Assembly (NCBI GenBank): GCA_950097015.1 | Contig: CATNEN010000038.1 | Coordinates: 23,002,001 to 23,066,000 of the forward strand | Direction: 5' to 3' | From: Macrostomum hystrix | Lineage: Eukaryota; Animalia; Platyhelminthes | Length of the DNA stretch: 64,000 nucleotides | Shown here: positions 24,403 through 36,152 of the stretch, one piece after another | Layout: each line of letters begins with the position of its first letter | How positions within the stretch are numbered: position 1 is the first letter of the stretch | The notes under the pieces: generated by a model | The model's database searches: none | What the model was told of the DNA's origin: nothing | Seen by the model: only the letters and a program-made list of their open reading frames with translations | Position numbers and translations under genes: made by a program

Positions 24403-26996
24403 ATCCGAAGCCCGAAATGATTGCAGAAGATTTTTAAGAGCATTCGTATATATAGTATAGGGCTACTAGCTAAAGTGTGAACTTTGTGTCTCAGGGAAAA
24501 GTGTGTGAACAGGTACAAACAAAAAATACGAATTTGAAATTACAGTATACAGAACTTTCCATTGTCTATTTGGCTAATTTGTCTAATACGAGTTTGTCTC
24601 GTACAAGTGAAGCAATCTAAAATATAAATCTATTTATAGATTGTTTATACAATTTAGTACAACTGGTCTAAAGATTCAGAATGAGATAAAGTGCAAGATC
24701 TAGCATCTAGCATAAGATTAAACATGAAAAACTTGAATTTTAAACGCTGAGGGAACGTGCAAGCTGTGACACTTTTATATTTTATCTTTTATCTTTTATA
24801 GCAAGTCAGGTTATCCTTATAGAAAGACATGAATTCGTCAGTTGATGCTCTCTCGGCGAGACTGACTGAATTTCTGCAGCAGCAGCGGCAACTCGGTGTG
24901 CAGCAGCTCGGTCAGCGGTCTAACAACGCTGGGCAACCCCATTTCGCTCCGATTTCGATTCTTTCAATCACTGCCTATTGGTCCTTTTGCTGTTGGCAGT
25001 CTGACCCTCTTCCCTTCCTATCCTACCCTAAAGAAGCTAGCCCCCCAACCCAAGCCAACCATGCGAAGGCCCAAATGTACAGTAGTTGTTATTTTTAGCA
25101 GTGTGATGTAGAATGGCTAGCTGCCATTAACCTTGCTCTGAAACAAGGTGAGTCAGCATAATTGTAAGCGCGCATAAGAGTAATAGGGAGCTAGGGATTC
25201 GCGAGCAAAATGCGGAGTGTAGGCCGTGCATTTCTTCCTAGGAGGTCGGGGGAATCCTTGGCGGGCTTTCCTTCTTCCTCTCGGGCGGGTTCAAGGTGTA
25301 CGTTCGAACTCCCTTTCCAATGGAGTTTTCCCCTATCCCCCTTTCGCGACTGCCGCCACGGGAGCGAGAGTGACGATCTAATAATCTTGCGCTTGCGTAA
25401 TCACTCAGCCAGTGTTCTGCTTAATCTCTCCAGCCTCTGACTTCCTCATCTCACACAGATTCGGTTTGCTAGTTGTTTAATGTGTAGGCTGCAGTCTAAT
25501 GTAAAGAAATGTGTCTGATGTTTGACGAGTAGGATTCCGGCTATGGATTTTCATTCGAGTTCTGAGTACCACCTTTCTAGACCCCTGTAGCGCGAATTCA
25601 GGAATCCCCTTTTGAGGCGTGTCTCGATCCATTCTGGGGCTCTCACCCCAGTCTAAAACGGAAGTTGCAGAATGCCCTATTTTTCGGCTTGTCTAGATAT
25701 GCGCGATAAACTAGGAGCTGTGTACTCCGGGGACCCAAGTTCCCAAATGTCATCGGTGGCAACGTTGGCGCATTGGGTGGTGGCGCTACCTGAGATCATT
25801 TTCCGCTTTGCCAATAGCCTTTCCGCATTTCTGTGACAAGAGCCTGGGCCGTTTCGATTACCGCTACCAAGGTTAGGAGTCAGTTACTTACATGCTACTG
25901 ACGACAGTAGGCTCTCTAGCCCTGTCCTGTCTGATTACGGATAGTCCGACCCCTCACTTTAGACTTTTAGCCGGTTTCGAGCACTGCTTGGGGTAGGCAC
26001 GGCTGTCATGTCTGTGGCCTATGGGACGAGTGGGACTGGCCAGCCTGAGGCCGATAGGACCACTCCCTGCATCCGCTGAGCCTCCTTATCTCTCTCCCTT
26101 CATCTCCTCTCTCTCTCCGCGGCATCCCGCATGCAGCTAGGCGGATATTTAAGTCGACTCTGTCGCCCGCCTTAGGAGTCTTCTCGCATGAGGGCAGGTC
26201 AGCGCTTGCAAACACCCACACACATCAAGTGACTTTTTAGCAATTAGCAGTTAGCAGTTATTTTTAAAAAAAAGTTTGCTTCTGCGTTCTTGCAGATGGA
26301 TCAGCACCGACGGGCACCATTTTGATTTTGATTTGCCTTAATGAAGCAGAGCTAAGCAATGAATGTAAACTGGTAACAGCGAACTGTAAACAGCGAATCA
26401 AATTTTATGTTTTCTTTCTAACTAGCAATTGTATGCCCCCCTCTGGGATGCGGGACATAGAGCACAGTATCTGAAAAAATAAATAATCATCCCCCTGTTG
26501 ACAACTATAACAAGTATTTTTTGCTTTGCACAGTTGCAATTGTTAAATAGAAGTAACAAATTTGAAGTTGCGCCTTTTCCATTTGTTTAAATAAATTAAC
26601 ACATAAATTAACCGTAAAATCTTACTGCCAGGGCGCGGGCTGAGGATCTGGGATTGTCTTTAAACTGAGCCTTAAATTTTTTTGTTGTATACCGACTGAA
26701 CACATGCGGGCTGAAGGCTTAGTTCATTTCATTGTTTCAAACTTTTTAATAAACTAATACAAATCGTTAAATAAATATGTCTATAAATATATGGTCAGTA
26801 AAAGAGTGACTAAGCATGCCAAACTTAACTGGTGCCTACGAGAGAAATCAACTAATGCGAAACTAAACATTTAAATTCTTTGTCTCAATTCTTTTCTTTG
26901 ATCTCTTTCTGACTTCTCATGCCATTTTAAGAACTGACTTCCCTGTACACCTGGGAACATTCGTAAATACAATTCAACTCGGATTACCTGCGAAAT

Positions 26997-27270
26997 CTAC
27001 TGCATCTCACTACCCCACTTCCTCTCACCCTACTGCATCTCACTACCCCACTTCCTCTCACCCTACTGCATCTCACTACCCCACTTCCTCTCACCCTACT
27101 GCATCTCACTACCCCACTTCCTCTCACCCTACTGCATCTCACTACCCCACTTCCTCTCACCCTACTGCATCTCACTACCCCACTTCCTCTCACCCTACTG
27201 CATCTCACTACCCCACTTCCTCTCACCCTACTGCTCTCCCTCTCACCCTACTGATCTCCCTCTTACCCTA
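26997..27270. repeat. 33-bp minisatellite (CTACTGCATCTCACTACCCCACTTCCTCTCACC)
   Basis: About 7 tandem units. Confidence 0.95.
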
Positions 27271-27273
27271 CTG

Positions 27274-27812
27274 ATCTAGGGAATCTAGGGAATCTAGGGA
27301 ATCTAGGGAATCTAGGGAATCTAGGGAATCTAGGGAATCTAGGGAATCTAGGGAATCTAGGGAATCTAGGGAATCTAGGGAATCTAGGGAATCTAGGGAA
27401 TCTAGGGAATCTAGGGAATCTAGGGAATCTAGGGAATCTAGGGAATCTAGGGAATCTAGGGAATCTAGGGAATCTAGGGAATCTAGGGAATCTAGGGAAT
27501 CTAGGGGATCTAGGGAATCTAGGGAATCTAGGGAATCTAGGGAATCTAGGGAATCTAGGGGATCTAGGGAATCTAGGGAATCTAGGGAATCTAGGGAATC
27601 TAGGGAATCTAGGGAATCTAGGGAATCTAGGGAATCTAGGGAATCTAGGGAATCTAGGGAATCTAGGGAATCTAGGGAATCTAGGGAATCTAGGGAATCT
27701 AGGGAATCTAGGGAATCTAGGGAATCTAGGGAATCTAGGGAATCTAGGGAATCTAGGGAATCTAGGGAATCTAGGGAATCTAGGGAATCTAGGGAATCTA
27801 GGGAATCTAGGG
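27274..27812. repeat. 9-bp repeat (ATCTAGGGA)n
   Basis: About 60 almost perfect units. Confidence 0.97.
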
Positions 27813-28355
27813 AAGGCACAGAATCGATTTTGGGACCTCCCTTAATCCAGATTGATCTCGACGAATTTTGAGTCCCTATGCTCTATGATAAATGTAGAGG
27901 AAACAGAAATTTAGAAGCAACCATGTTTTATATACTGGCTAGCTATTACACTAAGTTGTCATGCAGAGTAATATAACTGCAGTCTACATGTACAGGTCTT
28001 TCGAAGGAATGAGCTATAGGATATGACTGAAACAGTATCCTATCGTTTCTACTATTAGTAGCAAACGGCGAATAAATCTTCCTCCAAATATTTTTGGCAT
28101 ACGTGAAAAAAAATTGGAAAATTTAGTAGAAAATTTCGAAAATAATGCAAACAATACTGCCAAATTTCAGAGCAACTAGACATGTTAAAGGTGAAATAAT
28201 ATTTTTCTGCAATCACAAGTCACGTGTACTACACGAAAAGATAAAAAAACGCGAAAAAGTGATGTTAATAAAACCCTGCGCCCCGTTGGCGGGAGGGCGT
28301 ATAGCGGGGCTCATAGCAAAATCAACCCTGCGCCCCCCGCCGGTGTCCCACCGGG

Positions 28356-28551
28356 CAGTGTCAATGCTTAGATTAACAGCTCCGGTGAAAAAATTAGCTA
28401 GAATAAAATAAGCCAATCCGTATTGGCCAATTCTAGTTAGCAGCGTAGATTGAGATTGAGTGGCAGTGTTGCCTAGACAGAGAAGCTGGTTCAGTGTGAG
28501 CAGTAGCAGCACCTGACTACAGGAGGCTAAACAGGTGAGCATAAAGGCGGC
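28356..28551 (-). pseudogene. Duplicated 196-bp fragment of the PIGW last exon
   Basis: Matches 42852-43047 with two visible mismatches. Confidence 0.9.
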
Positions 28552-28625
28552 GATAAAGCATAAAGCATAAGCATAAGCATAAAGCATAAAAGCATAGAGG
28601 TTTGCAAAGTGGGTGAGGTGTCAGG

Positions 28626-28805
28626 TTAATCCCCGTCCTGCTCAATGATGATGCCTGAAGCGTCCACAGGTTGTGTGACGATCTGGACTGTGTCCGCCTG
28701 CCACGGTGTCTGCTCCAGGAGCTGGCGAAGTCTCAGCAGAGGGTCGTCGGCGTCTGCGTCGTTGTCGGCATGTCGCCTAGGCTCAATGCGAAGCAGGAAC
28801 TCCAT
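28626..28805 (-). CDS. Micro-ORF family member A4 (59 aa)
   Basis: Intact ORF (EQTPWQADT variant); TATATA is at a similar upstream distance although the spacer differs. Confidence 0.5.
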   Translation of the reverse strand: MEFLLRIEPRRHADNDADADDPLLRLRQLLEQTPWQADTVQIVTQPVDASGIIIEQDGD

Positions 28806-29944
28806 AGCCGAAGCCCGAAATGATTAGAGAAAAATTTTCAAAATAGATAATCCTATATATTGAAGAATTTTAGAAATCGTCATGCCACGGAATTGCCATG
28901 ACTCGTAGATGTGCAGAAGTTTCAGAATTTAGTACTGTTTATGAGCGCGACTGTTTGTACATTTGTCCATGAAGCACTGCGTCCATTGTTCACTTCATTT
29001 ATTATTGTATTCTACAAAAAGTAGAGTAGTAGAGTTATTTTTGGTACAAGGTACGACCGTACGACTTACGAATTTACAGACGAATTTCTCGTAGAATTCT
29101 TTAAAAAAGTATTTATTTATATTAAGAATGCAAATGTACTCCGGGCAACCTACGAGTACATTTACATATATATCAAATTAATATATTCTTCAATTAAAAT
29201 AATATATTAACAAAATCTAAATTAACAAACTCTTTATTAACATTAATACATTGACGAATCGCAGGATAATAAAATTATTATTCAAAATACCACTCGACTT
29301 CTATTCTACTCGTAGAGTCACTAGACTAGAATCACTCTCTCACTTACTATATATTTACTAGTCGAATGGTCCTACTTCGTACTACTGTCGTTACTTTTTT
29401 CGCAACATATAGTTTTCATAGCAACGTTCTTGAAAAGAAATAGCCAAAATAGAGTTAACAGAAAATGTACATCCGTCATAACAGCTTTGGTAATAAGTAC
29501 CAGCTCCAACTGTTGCAAGTTTGAGTTAATGTCCGCAAATGTACAAATTTCAGGTCTGAGGCAAGTAGTTCTCAACCCGTTCTAGCAGAGCGTCCGAGTA
29601 GCCAGGGCTGTAGTACTTGACAATCTCCTCCGGGTAGCAGTTGTTGATGGTGTTGATGTACTCAGCCAGGGCGCTGCCCGGCTCCGCTCGGATCTCCTGA
29701 ATCTTCTTCAAGCCGCCGGAGGTGACAAACAGGCGGCGCGATTTCGGATTGTGCGGCAACACCTTGCTGAACTGCGCCACCACGTGCTTGAGGATGTTGG
29801 CCGGAGCGTCCTGTAGCAGCGGCTCAAGGGCCCACAGGTGAACGCACTTTTGAAGGATGTACTTCAGGGCGTTCTTGGACTGTGAAAGAAATTATGGCAA
29901 ATTTTATTTATACGAGCCGTAGCTCACAGATAGTTAAAAGAAAT

Positions 29945-30455
29945 CAGGGCTTCAGGAACTCAAAGCATCAGGAACCCAAAGATTCAGGAACTCAAAGAAC
30001 TCAGAGAATCTTCAGGACTTTAAGGTTCAGGATCTCAAAGCTTCAGGAACTCAAAGCTTCAGGAACTCAGAGCTTCAGGAACTCAAAGCTTCAGGAACTC
30101 AAAGCTTCAGGAACTAAGAGCTTCAGGAACTCAAAGCTTCAGGAACTCAGAGCTTCAGGAACTCAAAGCTTCAGGAACTCAGAGCTTCAGGAACTCAAAG
30201 CTTCAGGAACTCAAAGCTTCAGGAACTCACAGAACTCAGAGAATCTTCAGCACTTCATTGTTCAGGAACTCAGAGCTTCAGGAACTCAGAGCTTCAGGAA
30301 CCCAGAGCTTCAGGAACTCAAAGCTTCAGGAACTCAGAGCTTCAGGAACTCACAGAACTCAGAGAATCTTCAGGACATGAAGGTTCAGGAACTCAGAGCT
30401 TCAGGAACTCAGAGCTTCAGGAACCCAGAGCCTCAGGAACTCAGAGCTTCAGGAA
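29945..30455. repeat. 16-bp intronic minisatellite (GCTTCAGGAACTCAAA)n
   Basis: Fills the last SPAG6 intron. Confidence 0.93.
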
Positions 30456-31254
30456 TCTCACCTTGATCTGCAGGTCCTCACTCACATCTGGCCAGAGGAA
30501 TGCTCGCAGCATTTTCGGCAGAACAATGACCTGCGCCACAGCCTTGGCGTGCTCAGGCGAGTGTCGACCAATTTGGCCGAGGGACCATGCGGCAGCGGCC
30601 TGAATGTGATCCTCAGACTCTGTCTGCAGCGTCTAGAGTTAGGACGCCCTGGATTGGCGGATAGAAGAGCAATAGAACCAATCAGCATTGCTCCTTAAAC
30701 GTTTTCCTCAACTACACTACTGATTTTTGGAATGTAGGCAAGTAGACATTTTAATTTGCAATGTTCAAAAGCGATTCCTGCCTCACCCTAGAAACAATGA
30801 CAGCCATGGCTAGGTTCTCAGAGTGCGCTGCCACGTAGCCCAGCATCATGACGCCGGTTAGTCGAACATTTTCTCGACTGTCGCCGACAAAGTCGACAAT
30901 GGCAGCTACTCCGCCAGCGTTGACAATGAGCTGGGACAACTCCGGCGTGTGCTTCGCCACCTCGCGAATCAGCGTGGCGCAGTTCTTGCGCACGTACTCA
31001 TCCGGATCCTTCAGGCAGGTGAGCACAGCCGGGAAGATCTCGGCTTCAACAACCATCTCGGCGAGGTCTACGGAGTGCTTGCAGATCTGGGCTAGAGTTG
31101 AGAATACCTGGCGTTTTAGTCTGGCGTTCGGGTTCAGCACCATCTGGGCCAGGTGGGCGATGGCGCCTGAATGACAATGAGTTGAAGACGGTGACAGTCG
31201 ACTATTTTGAAATTTTAAATCACATCTAAACATTTTCTCGTCTTTCCCCTGCCC

Positions 31255-31640
31255 ATCTCTCTCATCTCTCCCCTGTCTTATCTCTCCCCTGTCTCATCTC
31301 TCCCCTGTCTCATCTCTCCCCTGTCTCATCTCTCCCCTGTCTCAACTCTCCCCTGTCTCACCTCTCCCCTGTCTCATCTCTCCCCTGTCTCATCTCTCCC
31401 CTGTCTCATCTCTCCCCTGTCTCATCTCTCCCCTGTCTCAACTCTCCCCTGTCTCACCTCTCCCCTGTCTCATCTCTCTCCTGTGTCATCTCTCTCCTGT
31501 GTCATCTCTCTCCCGTGTCTCAACTCTCTCCTGTCTCACCTCTCCCCCGTCTAATCTCTCTTCTGTGTCACCTCTCCCCCGTCTAATCTCTCTCCTGTGT
31601 CATCTCTCCCCTATCTCATCTCTCCTCTGTCATCTCTCCC
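31255..31640. repeat. 16-bp intronic minisatellite (CTCATCTCTCCCCTGT)n
   Basis: In a SPAG6 intron; the unit differs by 2 nt from the 7476-8355 satellite. Confidence 0.93.
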
Positions 31641-33675
31641 ACCGTACTCATCGGCTCTCTCCCATCGAGGCATCGTACTCATTTCTTGTTTCTGTCTGGA
31701 CTATAGAATAGTTTCTTTAAGGAATTTTTAAACCGTGCTTATCTTCAAAATAGATTGGCTTGCTGCCAAATTGAAGAATATCCCCCCTCCCTAGAACCTC
31801 AGCCTCACCTGTATCAACCACAGTCTGTGCCAGCTCTGGCTCCTGAAGGCACAGCACCAACAGTGGGACAGCGCCGGCGTCGACCACGGACTGCGCGAGT
31901 TCAGGACCATGTCTGGCGATGTAGCCCAGTGCCCAGGCTGCGCTCTCCTTGACGCCGGGGTCAAACTCCTCCAGGCAGATGACGAGGGCATCAAAGGCGT
32001 CGCAGTCTACAACGGCCTGGGCCAGCTCCCGGGAGTGCTTGGCCACGGCGCGAAGAACGAATGCGGCCGCCTTCTTGTAGAAGCGCTGCAGGTTTTCAAA
32101 TATTCCTTCAATTCCTTCCGCGATTTTTTATAATAAAATATTTAGCTAAGTGAGCTCACATTCTGCTCAGCCAGTGAGTAGACCAGCTGTGGCAGGATAT
32201 CACCCTTCACCACAGCCTCAGCCATGTCATCGTTGTAGTTTGCCAGGCGACCCAGAGCTAGGGCGGCTGTCTGCTGGATGTGGGCACAATGTCCAACAGC
32301 AACGACCGCAGCAGTGACATGACGCCTGCATTCTGCAGAGTATCGATATACTGCGGCCGTGTGGCCCGCTCTGCCACGGTCTGGACAAACTGCGTCCGAG
32401 CTTTCTGACACTGTTCGAATACTGCAGAATTGGACGGCTTAGATTTGACGTGTTTATAAATAAAGAAATTAAAGTAATTGTCTGAGCTTTTTTATTGAAT
32501 TTTATTTTTGCTTTTCACAAATGTATGATTTAAATATTTATGCCAAGTTGCTTTACGTTTTCATTGAAGAAATGTAATTCGTATTTTTATTAATGCAGAA
32601 GTTAAAATACCAAAATATCATAATGTATTTTTGTTACACTTTATAATTCTTTTTGCTCTATATATCCTTATGCAATATTTTTATTCACAACAATTAACTT
32701 TAACTTGAAGTATAATTAATGTTTATTTAGTTCGGTTGAATTTTAGAACTGATTTAAGAAAATTCGATTTGCGTGAAAAAAGTAATAAATGGAACTAAAA
32801 AATGTGACATTTTACTTAAAGGAAAACAAAATATGTAAGTTTATATATAATTAATAAAATTCATTTATTTAAAAATGCAGTATACTTAAAGTAGATGAAT
32901 GAAACTATTGATTTAAATTAAAAGCATGCTTGCTACACATTGTTTTTAATTTTAATCAATAATCAAAATTATTTCACCGGTTTTTATAACACCAGAACAA
33001 CTGTTATATTAATTAAATTTAGCATACCTTGTGAAACTTGTAGTTGACTCATCATGGAGTTATGAAAAAAACTTATATGATATCATTTTTTCAAAACACG
33101 TGTATTATTTGTATTTAAAAAATGTGTTGAGGCTGGCATCCTGAAGGTTGGCACCCCGCTGGCCGTGCCATCAAAGGAGTGCATCTACCTGGGCCGCGTA
33201 TATCAAAAAATGGTCACAGGATTTGAGTTCGAAAATATACCGTTTCTGTAGAGCTTTCTATTAGTTACTTAGCAAGTATAACAAAAATTATACTATTTTG
33301 TGGTTTATAGTTCTTTATACAAAAATTATGAATAACTGCGATTTGTGCTATTTTTTAAACATCGAAAGATTTTATCTTATGCATTACAATATAAATTAGT
33401 GAGTGTACAGCACACGTGTCTCTTTCTGTATGTTACAAAAAAAGTAAATAGAAGAAAAATAATAGATTTTCTGTACTTTAATATTATCGATAGATTCGAT
33501 AGTTGTGACGTTGTCACTTGTTGAAGGCACCCCTGCGCCCCTACAATATTACTCTATGCGTTGATTATATGCTTAATTTCCAAATTATGTACTTGCGAGG
33601 GCCGTTTTAACTCATCGTATAATATTATCCAATTCTGTTAATTTATATTAGTAAGTCAAATTATTAGTGCGCTAC

Positions 33676-34088
33676 TGTCAGTAACAATAAACGTATATCG
33701 CGCCATTCTAGCTATTTACTACGCGTATCGTAATGTATTTTCCCCCCGGCCAATGAGCGTGCGAGCTCTGGCTGGCCGGAAGTATCGATCGCTTTGTTTT
33801 TCAATCAGCCTAGTTTACTTAACCAAGGGCTTCCGGCCCGCTCGCGCTCCACTGGTTCTGGTTCTTTCTTTCCGGCTGGTTCTGCGCTCCACTGGTTCTT
33901 TCTTCCTCACTTTCGTTATCGCCATTCTCGCTCTTCTACGTTTCGTGCCGTGACTTTTCTCACTCACTACACTCCACTACATTCGGTTCTGACACTCACC
34001 ATTACGAGCTCCTACGCCTTACATTACGCCCTGCTTGTCGACGTCCCAGTGCATACAGAATAAAAGTGCTACCGCTACGTCACCCACA
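33676..34088 (+). mobile_element. Candidate solo LTR
   Basis: TGT...ACA termini, AATAAA about 25 nt before the 3' end, GC-richer than the flanks, flanks CTAC/TTAC as an imperfect target-site duplication. Confidence 0.45.
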
Positions 34089-34335
34089 TTACTGACTTTG
34101 AATTGCCGAACTTACAATTGCCGCTGCTCAGACTTCGACTTCGTCCTTTGTGTTTAATCGTCACAATAGTACCGTTTAGAATCTAAGAATAATAGTGCAG
34201 GAACTTTTTGTGCGTAGTGCACAGTATCAGAAAAATTAAGGATTCATTTTATTACGACCTAATTTTATACATATTAGGACATGCTGATTTGAGTAAGAGA
34301 CATTACATTTGAGTGAATTTTATTATATATTAGAA

Positions 34336-34607
34336 TTGCAGAAGGGCTGCGGCAATAGCACATGTACATAGTTTAATGCCACTGGACCCGCAGTTAGTGA
34401 GGAGGCAAAATTAATTCTGCCACATTTCGCTGAGATCCTGAATACACACTCAGACAGATCGCGTACGCAGACACGCTCACACAGGTGTATACATCTGCCC
34501 TGACTTTCTCATCGTCATAGGTTGGCCCTCAACGGCGCAAACTGCACGATAAGCCCCCAAGCCAATTTTCTTCGCGGCTGCACCCCAATTAAATAAATGT
34601 GGCCTCT
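34336..34607 (-). mobile_element. tRNA-SINE copy (diverged, lacks the tRNA head)
   Basis: Aligns with the SINE body. Confidence 0.8.
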
Positions 34608-34732
34608 GTGAGAGACACAATTCAGACTACTGAGAACAGTAGAAAAGCAAAGACTTGGCTACAAAACTCTCACAAAGCACAAAAAAAGTATCGCCATAAA
34701 AATGACAAGGTTAAAACAGACTTCTGTGCACA

Positions 34733-35202
34733 CTATATATATATATAGACGCAAAAAGTTAGGTAGCTTTTGCGCGCACGCGCTCGCAGAACAGTCGGGA
34801 GGGGCAGGCCATGGCGGACTGGGGATCAAGTCCGATAGCCTGCAAGTCAGCCAACAGAGTGGTAATTAGCGTCACAGTTCTTCCTTGGCCGCGGCGCAGC
34901 CGCTCGGTCGGTTGGTGCAGGAGGACCAGCGCAAGCGGGTTTCGCTCGCCGCGACCGTGGCTCCTCAGACAGTGGCCCAGCAGCATCTGGCGGCGCCGGC
35001 GCAGGGTGACGCTCAGGGCTGGGACGCCGGCGCGAACCATCAGGTCTCTGGACGGCAGCCTCTCCGGGTAGTGCACGCCCAGGGCGTGGCGCAGCAGGGA
35101 CCTGTATAGCGCGTCCAGGGCTTTCTCTCGCGTGGCGGTCATCGGGACTGCTTCCATGCCGTACAGAAGGATAGGCTCAACGGCAGCGCGGAAGAGGCAC
35201 AC
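34733..35202 (-). mobile_element. 5'-truncated RTE-like LINE (ORF C-terminus plus (TA)n tail)
   Basis: LFRAAVEPILLYGMEA...LDALYRSLLRHALGV is typical of the post-RT region of RTE-clade elements; a stop is followed by (TA)n. Confidence 0.8.
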
Positions 35203-36152
35203 TAAGAGTGGTGGGAGAGGACTGCGTGTGGCTATGGCTGAATGACGAAGGCAAACAAGCCAGTAACCGGTCTCTGTCTGCCAGCGCGAGGTTTGTTCCC
35301 CACTTTTAGTGTGTTTACAGCCTCGCCGCGGAATCGAACTTAGGGACCGTGCTTCTACTTTGGGATCAGTACAGAAAATGACAGCTTTTCGCTTTAGGCT
35401 ATTCTGTTAAGTGTCGATTTTATATGTAGCAAAATTCCTGCTGTTGCAGACATTTATAGTAACTTTAGGTAATAGTGAGTTAATTCTAGCTCGTATTTAT
35501 ATAGTTGCTAAGAGAGTTTTTACTCAATGCTAAACAGAAAAGTGACGATTAGTCAACCCTGCAGGCTGTGGCAGGTAAATTCTGAATCAGGTAAAAATTT
35601 ATGGCAAGCTTTCAATTTCTCTATAATAGGTGTAGCCATGCAGTGAATAAGCATTCTCAAGCTGAAAAGTAGGTCGACAAAGTTGTAAATATAGAGACAA
35701 GAATTTGCTCGAATTCGGCCACATTTTGAATGGTGTAGGGGCCGGGTTTACACGTAGCTGTGTGAAAATCGATAGGAACAAATGGGGTCGATCTCCTTTT
35801 ACAGCAAAGGCCCGTAGCACACAATTCAATTATAGGCCCGGAGGCACAAGGCCTCAGTCAGGCCTGTTCACAACTCTCTACAGGCCTAACGCACCTAGCG
35901 TTAGTCACACAAGGGCGGGGGAGAGCAGGGGTCACACTGGGAGATTACGTAACAATAGCAGCCCTCTTTCAGTCGGACTCCAAGCAATTTTTGCAAAGCC
36001 TCGACAGCCCACCCCTTCTTTCCAAATATAATAACTCACGCTTATGCATGCACGCTAGAACAATTTTAGCCAGCAAAATATTTTCAGTTGAGTCTACTGC
36101 TCCAGTCTATTGCTTATTTAAAACTCTGATATCTTAAATTCCATTCAAGAAA

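Larger units (their letters stand above)
29550..33055 (-). pseudogene. SPAG6: Sperm-associated antigen 6 (PF16; armadillo-repeat axonemal central-pair protein), 6 exons, disrupted
   Basis: Exons ~33055-33028, 32421-32160, ~32085-31810, ~31168-30788, ~30648-30462 and 29879-29550 closely match SPAG6 (AALALGRLANYNDD, YPEEIVKYYSPGYS). Frameshifts at ~32280 and ~30630 and an in-frame deletion of about 20 aa at ~31835. Confidence 0.88.

Noticed and set aside
25100-26270. GC-richer block, possibly a decayed retroelement ORF1/gag
   Set aside because: No diagnostic motif could be identified by eye; a repeat-library search is needed.
27268-27819. 183-aa (SLD)n ORF
   Set aside because: It is the translation of the 9-bp satellite, with no true start context.
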